Positions 50,305-61,162 of a DNA stretch of 64,000 nucleotides are shown in pieces. The stretch is from Nemertoderma westbladi (Eukaryota > Animalia > Xenacoelomorpha), in assembly GCA_032718475.1 (NCBI GenBank), contig JAUCBJ010006543.1:17528-81527 (forward strand), in the 5' to 3' direction. The notes beneath the pieces are model-generated. The model saw only the letters and a list, made by a program, of their open reading frames with translations, was not told the DNA's origin and did not search any database. The first letter of the stretch is position 1. Every line of letters starts with the position of its first letter. The position numbers and the translations under genes are program-made.

Positions 50305-51327
50305 TAGGATATAATAAATATCAAACCTTCTGGGACACCATCTGTCTGTCTACCTTAACTCGGAATAAAAGGAGAAAGCAATTATAGTACCGTAGCCTAA
50401 CTAAAATTCTACAGCAAAAAATCCCTTTAACGCTAATATCCCAAATATCTAATTAAATTTTTGATGATTCCCAGAAATCAGGAAATAATGAGCTATAAGT
50501 CCCAATGTACTCAATGCCACTCAGGAATTAGAATGAAACGACGTGAATCAAACCAACACCACTAGCTGACTAGCAAGAAGCTAAACCGTACATCTTAGCT
50601 AGAAATGTTAAAGTGGGGCAAAGTGTACCTACCGTTCGATCCTAAACCCCAAATATTTACTTATTATTTATTTATTTTGTACCTAACTAACTTCCGAGAA
50701 AGTACGCAGAGAAAATCGGAATGATTTTAACTACATACCTCCATGGATACTATCAACTGTTGCATGCAATCCGAGATGAAAGTTAACCCAAGACTAGCCT
50801 AGCTAACACTTCCCTTTGAAGGATTTTGGAGGATTGCTCCGGGACAAAGCTGAGTGCACATCCTTCCAAGGTGAACTTCCATCGCCCAACGCCGGCACAG
50901 CCTGGTGCCCCTTCTATTCGGTACTCATAGTTAGTTCTGTTATTTGTAGAATAATATTTATCAGATAATGTTGAGCCCAGCCGCGCAAGCTGCCAGCTCT
51001 AAATATATTTATAGCATAAGACTAATTAAATTATTCGAATCAATTCATAATTACAGAATTAATATAACTCACAACCAGCAAAGAACGACTTCTGGTACTG
51101 AACGGTACCAGTACAGCAGTACAATAAAAAAAAATTACTGAAGTTGTGTCTGAATATAGAATAGAAAGAATGAATAGAATAAGACACCGGTACACAGTAT
51201 CGCTGGAATACATTTGTATATTAAAACTGTGGAGCAAGCCACAAAAGTAAGCAAGGTGTTTAATAAAGTTGTATTATTATGATTACGTTACTTTAAGTAC
51301 TGTAGCAGCACTGCGGAATACAATTCC

Positions 51328-52140
51328 CAACTTAGTCAACTCTCTGTACATTCACTCTGACTGGGCTTGGCTCATTGTCTGACCTTGTACCCACCACCAT
51401 ATCCATACTCATCAACCTCAGGTTCCATAATAGAATTCACCCTCACATCACGCATGTATGAGTTCTCACTCTCACTCACCATACTGGGAATTTTTCCAAA
51501 CCCAACATAGCCCACTCAAGGGGATCATCCATTGGCACACTCACACCCATGGAGGATGAAGGCTAACTCGGTTGTAGGCTGAATAGTTACAAGATAGTTC
51601 CATAACTTGTCCATTGCAGTCCCCTTACTTACGTATTTCTTTGCCAACAGTGTCTTCCTGAACTTCGTGTGCTCTGATTTCGTCGCCACATTTCTGTAGG
51701 TCTTTCCATAGCCCTCCAGGTTCATACCATCGTCCTTCTGGGATTCAGCTTGTTGCCTCGCTAACTCGCGTTTAGCTTCACTTTCACACATGTCCTTCAC
51801 AACCTCGAACATATACGCATACTCCACCAACTTCTGCACCCACTCTTGCTTATCTTTACTCACCACAAAGAATTTCACATACACCATATCATTCTCCAAT
51901 ATCCACTTGAATGTATGACCTTTGTACTGCCCAATCTGCATGTTACAGTGCCCTAACACATTCATTTCATCATTAACATTGCCACCTAAACAATCGCACA
52001 CGACTCACCACACTCTCATATTCCTCAACAATAATCCTAAGTACCTGCCTGGCTAGATTTGCCAGATTTACGTAGGGCCTTTGCTGCTACAGCAAGGTGA
52101 GTAGCAATCAACAAGAGCTCACCATAGCCTGTAAATCGCA
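51328..52140 (-). pseudogene. DUF6729-like transposase, N-terminal part
   Basis: MQIGQYKGHTFKWILENDMVY in ORF 51525-52001. Contiguous with 45773 once the LTR is removed. Confidence 0.65.
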
Positions 52141-52176
52141 TTTTCGGCCTAATTAGGCAAGACATAATGTAGTACA

Positions 52177-54530
52177 TTATAATAATGTAGTGTGGTCTAA
52201 AATACATGAATTACATCTACCTAAAAGTTCCAAAAAGGTATATAAATTATATCTACCTAAAAGTTCCAAAAAAGTATCTAAATTATCCTGATTATTGCAA
52301 GGCATATTATATACATTAAGGAAGAGAATCGGTAGTTTGTTATTTATTAAGAGAATACCCATAATTCTATCACATTCCAGGTCAATCACTTCAATAAAAT
52401 TTGCAAGGGATTTTCTCCACAAAACAGCCAAACCTCCCGAGGGTCTACCTACAAGGGGTCCGTCCATCCAATAAACAACTCCACTGCCATAATAATCGCA
52501 GTGTGCAGAGTTAAGTTTGAAAAGATCTTGCTTACATAACCAGGTTTCCTGTAAAAATATTATATTGTGTGTGTCACAAAGTTTTAGTATAAATTGAAAA
52601 TGATTATTAAAACCCCCACAATTATAGGAGCATTATTCTTAAGTTACCCATTTCAGTATTTTCATTAGCCATTGTTAATCTAGAGTACTTTAATTCAACA
52701 CATAGTATAAAACATAAATTTATCAATCAATGTGTGGCAGTGCAGCATCATCGACTGGTACAGTATGATTATTGCGTGGTGCCCAGTACTGCTTAACGAG
52801 AATGCCTTTTCCCCATGCGCTGGGATCACAAAGTTTTTGGAATGCAGTTTCATCCAGAGTGCTAATAATAAAGGAATTGTAGTTTGTAAACTACTTTTGA
52901 CTAGGATTCTTATCTACCTAGACTCCAGTCAGCTCATGCTCTGACTCCAAAAAGTCTAAAACATCCTGCTCAGTGGTAGAATAGCTCAACCTTGAGACAA
53001 ATATCTGCTTCCTCTGAGCAGGGGCTCGAGCCCGGGGAGCAGCGGCTGTAAGACCTGTGCAGTCTCCAGTACCCACCCCATACACTCTTCTCTTTTTCCA
53101 TTGTTCCGGAACCATTGTAAACCCATCTGAGTCGGGAGGTTGATTTGTCGCTGGTTCCATGGATGGAACTGAAATCCATTAAAAGAAGCACGTCCATTGG
53201 ATTGTCACAATCAACCGTGATGAATTGTGGTGGTTCATCGTTGTCAGGGCTGCAGGATAATACATCAAAACGGTTATGGTGAGCAAATGATCTAGGAGGT
53301 TGGCTAGGAAAACTTGCTTTCCCAACCCTGGCAACTGGACTGCACCTCCCAACAGTGTCCGTATATGATTTACATTGAGTTGTAGGGGGGACAACGTCAA
53401 CTGAAGTGGTGGATGTTGTTCGAGAATATTCGACACCAGGTGTGGGACTGGGATAACCCAAACAGGAAGCACCCATAGCAGAAACTATTGTCTTTAGCTC
53501 CACAAATTCTTCGGGGCGGACATAGTTCTGTAGTTCATACTCAAGACGAAAAACAGATTCTTGTAAACTGAGGACGAGGTCCCTCAACTCTCTCACCTCT
53601 TCATCCCGAATAGCAGCATCCAGAGACTTACGATCAGACCCAGGAATACGTGACGGGTTGAGAACAAAAAACGCGGGACGCTTGGGGGCATCTACATAAC
53701 TACTTTCATTAAACACATTGTATATGTCAACTACGTGACTCTGGTTTGGCGGCCAAACCAGGAGGGGATAGGGCCGTCCGGTACCACACATTTCTCCGAC
53801 TCAAAGAATAAAAGTTTCTTTGCAGAAACAATTTCTCCTAAACTGTAGAAATTTGCTATAGAGGAAACGAGGGAACGTTTATCCAGGTTCGATACCGTTG
53901 TCCAAAGCTTCATCAGGTGTTTCTCCTTCCCCTGCAAAACCGGTTCTGACACACATACTGGATGCAAGGGGTAAGCAACTCACCCCGTTTTAAACGGCAG
54001 CTCAGACACAGTGTACAACCATCAACAAGTTTAAAATTACTTAAGTTTGTGTTCAGTTGTTTGTTGGCCCAGCCAGGCCCATCAGGAATTGCTACAGTTT
54101 GGCAATCATTACAGCAAACAGTCTGACTTGCAGATAGGCCTAAATGCTTACTGGTAGTAGAGTTTGACATTATTCATGTAGGCTGGAATCTTTATTTGGT
54201 CAATTATTAGCACATGCTGCTAGACCTTTATTGTAAAGGTGGCGATAGTGACTACTTGGACCATTTTTTGTTGATAGAACTACTCCTAGATAGTTGAACG
54301 ATGAGGCAAATTCGATCTTCTGACCATCGTACCATAATACGTCTGATTGGGCAAGGCGACTGCCGCATCTGAATTTAATTGCCTTTGTCTTCAGGAGGTT
54401 GACGTGTAGTTTGTTTTGGAGGCAATACGTTTCCAGCTTCTTTAGACTTTGTTGGACTTCTTCTAAAGAGTCGGATAAAGTAACTAGATCTACCTATCCG
54501 TTTGAATGCCGAAAGGTGCCTGGAATTTTA
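52177..54530 (-). pseudogene. RTE-X-like LINE 5' part (ORF1 with coiled-coil and RRM-like segment, plus start of APE)
   Basis: NFYSLGEIVSAKKLLF, a heptad segment and QIFVSRLSYST in ORF1; FLQETWL, GRPSGGLAVLW and FLNVY in the APE. Confidence 0.75.
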
Positions 54531-54777
54531 GAATTATATTAATTTTATATTGTATATAATTTGTTGTGTATGACCAATAAATATTGTATATGAATATGTG
54601 AGTGAATATGTGTGAATGAATAACTTATGCATATATGAGCTTTCATTTCTGTATAGATAGACATTACTCTTTGGGCCTACAACTCGAGCCAAGTCCTCAC
54701 CCAACATGGTACCTGTGATCTGAGCAGTCTCAGTGAGGTCTATCCAGCATCTCCAGCTTCTTTATGGCATCTGGGGT

Positions 54778-57203
54778 GGTGTGCGGACACTTCCACCCCC
54801 CCCAGACACTTCCCCCCGGACTACTACTACTACTACTAGGATCAGCATGCTGCATTGCAGCTGCATTTTTAAGAATGCTGTGCCGGCTTATCGACAAAAT
54901 TACACCACCACAACTCCCTATCACCCATGACATTTGCTAGATCATCCACATCTTCAAGGCCAGTGTCCTTTAAGATGCATCTCAAGAAAGTCATGGGCTG
55001 TCCACCATGCTTATTCACTCCATGTGGCTGCCAAAGTACAAGATTATGCACTGGCTGGTCCTCACGGCGAAAGCAATGTCCTGCAAAGCGGAGGCGATTT
55101 TGTTCTAGTGTCAAGCTTGGGGGAACCAATGAGACACCTCCAATGTTATATAGTGTCTGGTTGGAGATGTGTGCATTGTACTTGACACAATGAACCCGGC
55201 GTAGCATTCTTGTGAATGTGCCATCCAGAGATTTGGTGTCCTCAGCAGTTAGAGCCCAGCATGGACTCCCATAGAGGAGTACTGGAACTACTGCTGCTCT
55301 AAATAATCGGACCTTAAGTTTCCGATTAATTCTCGGTGACTTCCAAATCCTGGAAAGCCTATTCAAGGCTGCCCATGCCTTTCTTTCCCTTACGTATTCG
55401 AAGGTCCTCACCTGACTTCCGGATCCATGATCCCAGGTACCAGAAGTCATCCACATGCTCAAGCATACCATCTTTTGAGCTTATGCTCATCCGATCAGAG
55501 ACTTGCTGAGGACTTTCAAAGTTAACTGTCAAAATTTTGGTCTTTCTGGAGTTAATAAAAAGACCAACACTAGAAGCAGCATGTTCTAATGAGCTGAGGA
55601 GCCGTTGGGCTCCCTCTAGTGATTCTGAGAGTACTCCTAAGTCATCAGCAAAGTCTAGATCAGTTAGGTACTTGGCAGGATTTCCTCGACTTCTGGAGCC
55701 AGTAGGTGGAGTTATCATCACCCCATCATCATTATGATGATCTAAGGACATGCATAGAACATAGTCAACAACAATTATGAACAAGAATGGTGCAAGTGTG
55801 TCTCCCTGGAGGACGCCCCATAACACTTCAAATGGTTCTGTGTCACTGTCAACAGTAGACACAAATGTTGTCGAACCATCGTATACTGATCTGATTGCTG
55901 CAATAATTTCATCAGGAATCCCATATAATGAAAGTATGCTGAACATAGGTGAGCGAGAGACTGAATCAAAGGCCTTGAAGAAGTCAACAAAGATAACAGC
56001 CAGATGCCTGTCTTTCTTTTTTGGTAACTCTTCAATTATCCTTCTAAGTGCCAAAATGGGCTCCATGGTCCCACGACCTTTACGGAACCCATTCTGATTT
56101 CCACGGAGCAGTCTCTCAATGGGATCCCTGATGCGATTTAATAGAATTCTATTGTATAGCTTTGCAGCAATCGAGATCAATGAGATTCCCCGAAAAGAAC
56201 CATAGAGTGTTAGGTTGCCCTTCTTGGGAAACTGGCACCAACCGGACACTTCCCCCCCGCGGACACTTCCCCCCCGACTGTTCTTAACTTCGCACATTCG
56301 TATTTTTCATTTTGTAAGGTAAACGGACCGCTCGTATCCAGACAAGTTGTATCCAATTTTCCTTTCGTAGCTCAGAAAGTGATCTTTTGCATCCTGATTT
56401 TACATTTTATATCCAAGTTTTATTTATGGATTTTTTATCAATGCAATTACATTGTATTGTTTGCTAATCTTTAAACAATTCATTAGATGACCTATAAATT
56501 CCATCCCCCGAATGATATACTGTTTTTATTAACTATAGAATTATAATAATTAATAGCTTTAATTATAGGTATTATTATGTAAGTCTTCTTCAAATTGTAG
56601 CAGATGGGGATGAATATTGTTGCAATCAAAATTATACCTCTCCAGGGTAAAATCGACATGTGTCTTTATGTATTCTGTGTTCAGCATTACATATTGATAA
56701 ATTAATTAAATTTTCTGGTTACTTGCAATATTTTTAATAGGATTTTGTTGAATTATATAATATTGTAGTAATTTATATATTAATTTGATTAACATTCAAT
56801 ACAGCTTCTACTTTAGGCTTAGTCAATACAAACATGAATTAATTATTTCAAAATGTTCTTAAAGTCTTTCACCACGGGCCCGGGTTTGGGGGCGAGAGCC
56901 CCCAAGAATAGAAGCAGGGGTTTGGGGCCGGCAGCCCCCAACAAAAGAAACGGGGGTTTGGGGGCGGCAGCACACAATTAAAAGATAAACAAACAAAATT
57001 TGACTATAAAAATGTTTCTTTTATAATTTTGAAAAAACTTGTCTAAGATACAACTGTAACCATCTTTAACTTTTGTTTATTGCTTTGATGCACCCAGATT
57101 AATTTTAACACTTTAACTGGGGGGGAAGTGTCCAGGGGGGGAAGTGTCCTGGTGGGAAGTGTCCGGGGAGGGAAGTGTCCTCAGGGGAAAGTGCCCTAGA
57201 TCC
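54778..57203. mobile_element. Non-autonomous MULE-like element
   Basis: 9-bp TSD ATCTGGGGT at 54769-54777 and 57204-57212, GG...CC ends, and inverted arrays of GGACACTTCCCC at both termini. Confidence 0.85.
54821..56241 (-). mobile_element. 5'-truncated RTE LINE (RT and C-terminus) nested in the MULE-like element
   Basis: FRGISL, QNGFR, FVDFFKAFDS, GVLQGDTLAPFLF, DFADD, YLGS and RLRFAGHC motifs, a (TAG)n tail, and short TSD CCGGA(C). Confidence 0.92.
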
Positions 57204-58410
57204 ATCTGGGGTATGGTTAACGGTTCTAGGACAGTAGCCCCCTGAATGAATGAGGTTTACCTTTATTTTTTTGTGCTTTTGAGAGTTTTTTTTATATTGG
57301 TAAATGTTCTAGAACCTTGAGTAGATATTTTTTTTTATGGTAGCTAGTGTTTTTTTACTAGCTAGTATTTTTTAACAATAAAAAAACATATTGTTTTTGA
57401 GTGTTTTTATATCATATCTATTTATAATTAATAGTGTCTAACCGTGGTCCAAAAGTTTGGGGTAGAGCGGGTGTAGCATGGGATGCGTTGCACAGCAATT
57501 GAAACCCCTCAGCTTGAGAAACAATGATGCGAATTTAGCTTTTTTAGCAACCCAGTCATATAACTCGCAATAACATTAGCAATATAATTTTTTCACTAAC
57601 TCTTCGAAATTTTGGTTGTGGCCTGTAAATTAATCCAAAACTCCATTCAATTTTTTGCAATCAAATTTCGGGCACTCTCTTTACCTCTTTAAGGTTCCCA
57701 TTGTTATCGGGCATTGTTATCCATTTATTTAAACATCTGAACTAAACTTGTAGGTGTCGTGTTGCTCGCACTGCCTATACAGTGAATGTGACAAAAACTG
57801 AATGTTTTTTTCTGTAAGTTTGTTCCCGTTTGAAACTAAAACGGTTTCGACTGACTTCATTCAACTGTTAGTTAGTATGTTTGTGTATGTTCATTTGTGT
57901 ATTAATAGTTAAGGCCTACAAAAGTCAAAGGTGGAAATCTTGGTAACAGTTTTTCTGTGTAGTAAGGCAAATGTATATGCGTCCTATATTCGCTACTTGC
58001 ATGTACTTTGTGCAGTATACTTGTGTTGTGGATTTACAAAGAGCATCCCTACATTGACCCTCCTCTTGGCTGGCAAATGGTCTACAACAAACGGCAGCAA
58101 CACCAGTACAGTGGTCTGGCAGTAGGCAGTTTGCTACCAGTTAATTATTTTGTAAATAGTAAATAACTCCATAAATGAGTTTATAGCATCGACTAATATG
58201 CAATACACTTCTTTCTACCCGCCCTATGAATCTCATTCTGTAAATGAAAAATGCTGTAATGACTGAATACCGGTAACATCTGTAATACCCTGCCTGCTGT
58301 TCTGCCATAAATTTGACTTTTTTTGGCCTACTACATCTACCACTACAAGCAGATAACTCTGTAGCGGTTTGATAGATTACAATAGACCAACTTTCAACCC
58401 CATCCCACAC

Positions 58411-59233
58411 ATGGCGCCCAAACGTAGTGGGAATCAGAATCCGGACTCGTCCGAAAAAATTGACAAACTCGAGGACTGGATAAAGACCTTGGTACTGGAA
58501 GTCAGAACCATGGATGGAAATGTAAAAAACTTGGAAAAGTCCATAAAAGCTATTCCGGATCTACAGGAAGCAATAAGCGGCTTAATAAGCGATAACAAAG
58601 CTCTAAGGAAAGAAAACAAACGGTTGATAGACGCCAATGATAAATTGGACCAATACATGAAACGACACAACGTTCTTCTCCATGGAATTAATGAGGGATC
58701 CGTCGAGGATACCAACCGTATAGTTTACGAGCTGCTAGAGAAACTAGGAATCCCACGAAACGGGGTTGACCTATTCCATCGAATAGGGCCACCTAAGAAC
58801 GACCGCACCAAATGTCGACCAATAATTATACGCTTTATTGGGCACTCTACTCGTCACATCGCCTTCCGAAACCGCAAACAACTTCCGGAAGGTGTTTACC
58901 TTATCTGATCATCTTACCTTGTTAAGGGCAACTCTCCTGCGCGATGCTCTTAAGCTAAAGATTAACAAGAAAGTTGCAGCGGCATATTCAACCAACGGTT
59001 CTGTTTACGTTCGTATGTCAGCAGACCGGAACGATATTCCGATATTAATCTCATCGCAGGAAGACATTGCTTACCTTCAGCAATCTCGTGACATTCCCAA
59101 GTCTAACCAAACAAGGCATAATGGGAACCAGTCCACTAATCGCCTCCCTCACGGCCGTCCTTCTGGTCGTCCTATTAATCAGCAACCGCCTGTATCCCCA
59201 ATGCAGGCCGATCGCAGGAAGGCGATGACGTGA
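58411..59233 (+). pseudogene. L2/CR1-group LINE ORF1 (coiled-coil, RRM and CTD; one frameshift at ~58905)
   Basis: LDQYMKRHNVLLHGI.E, HRIG, RPIIIRF, then SDHLT and NGSVYV in the next frame. Confidence 0.8.
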
Positions 59234-59724
59234 TCTATCGTGCAACAGTCGACAGTAATCATTCCGGCTCCCCAACGTGCTCACGCTCAGTCGACCTCAC
59301 TCGTGACGGCAACTATTGCACAACTAATCGTTAACTCTCGGAATTCCCTATAACTTGTGATTGTAAGTAACATTTAAGTCCTCCAGACTATCTAGATCAA
59401 ACTAAACGGGTCAGGTCTGTCATTCGACATTATTTCTTAATGGTAAGTAAACAGATATATATATAAATATGTAGTAACAATTTCTGCTGGTGTTGGGTGT
59501 ATTGGAATATATATATGTAATATTCATTTTCTTTCTTCACATTATTAACATTTCCTTTAATTATTTCACCCATCTCACATTGTAGGCATACTAACCAACC
59601 TTATTACTTTGGCGAACTCCAGGCTAAGAAAATGCAGATAGTAAGGTTAACAGTCAATAGTCATTTATCATCGTAACCCTCGTCTGTTTCATTTCATTAA
59701 CCCCCCCCCCCCCCCCCACCATCC

Positions 59725-61162
59725 ATGATAGGTATGCCTCCTTACCCAAATCCCCTGTCCTGTAATTTTTGTTACACCAATTTCAGCACCTTTGAGTCCA
59801 AATTTTCATGTAGTATTTGTCGCAATATATATCATACACCGTGTGGGTCATACCAACAACCTGATAATATTGCTAACGGTATGCGGATGGGCCTGGACAT
59901 TTACTGCTTTCATTGTTATAAGGATATTTTTCCATTTTATTCGGTTGGACCTGACGATTTTGACATATTTAAAGAACCTTCCGATGAAATTGACAACAGT
60001 ATTTTCAATCAAACATTTTTGCACCTTGACCCTGACGAAAACATAAATAAAATAAATATTGATGGCGGCATTTATACAGAAAGCTCTTTTAATGGAGAAA
60101 TAACAAATTTAAATAACCCTCCGACCTTTTCAATTTTTAATTTAAACTGCAGAGGTCTTCGCTCTAATTTTTCGGCTACAGTTGATTTCTTATTAACTAT
60201 TAAACATAAGTTTGACATAATTACCTTTAGCGAAACTTTTTTGACCGATAATACTTCCACTGATTTACTAAAACTGATAGGCTATCATAACCCCTTTCTA
60301 AATAACCGCAAAACAGGTAAACTGGATAGGGGTGGCACAGCGATCTGCGTCAAAGACACCATCAATGTTTTAGAACGGAATGGAATGACTTACAAATTGA
60401 GGGCCTTGAGACCTCTTGGGTTGAGATTACGCGTCCGCGGTCCAAAACACTAATAGTAGGGGCTATATACAGAACTGATGCTGTCCACCGTGATGACTTT
60501 ACTCGACTACTTGATTCTGCACTCTCACGTTTTGCTAATTCTAAATATGACGTAATTATTGCTGGTGATACTAACATTGATTTACTGAAACCTAAGGACA
60601 AACCGAAGGAATATATCAATCTACTAAATACGTATGGATTTATACAATTAATTAATTCACCTACCCGCATAAGTTCCTGTACCAATAATACTACCGGCTC
60701 TACCATACGAACTGAATCTATTATCGACCACATACTTACAAATATTACTTCTTGCGTATCAACATCCGGAACATTTAAAGTAAAAATCGGTACATCAGAC
60801 CATCAACCAACCTTCATCTGTCTTCAAAATTACTCCTGCTATTTTAAAAAACCCGATCAACATATTACATTTGATTTTTCAAAATTTAACACAACTAACT
60901 TTCTTCACGATGTCAAACTCACATCCAACTGGTCTTATACAGATAAAAACGTTGACAATTTTGAAAAATTTAATGTTTTTTATAAAGATCTCGAGAGAAT
61001 TTGTCACAAACACGTCCCAACAAAAATTATAACGTCTCAACGAAAAATTCCCGACAAGCCATGGATGACAGATTCTCTTATAACTTGTACTCTCCAGAAA
61101 AATAAATTATACCGCAATTACTTAAAATCTCCAACTGAAGTTAATCATGACATCTATAAAAA
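59725..61162 (+). pseudogene. L2/CR1-group LINE ORF2 N-terminus (PHD-like finger, APE and linker), cut by the CRE insertion
   Basis: CxxC...CxxC...H..C...CxxC, NLNCRGL, FSETFL, GGTAI, GAIYR, AGDTNIDLL, IIDHI, SDHQP and KPWMT motifs. Frameshift at ~60380. Confidence 0.85.

Larger units (their letters stand above)
45774..51322. mobile_element. Solo LTR (~1.3 kb net) interrupted by two Helitrons
   Basis: TGTA...TACA ends and 5-bp TSD ATTCC at 45769-45773 and 51323-51327. The flanks rejoin as GGTACCATTCCCAACTTAG, as in the paralogs at ~39575 and ~41941. Confidence 0.8.
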
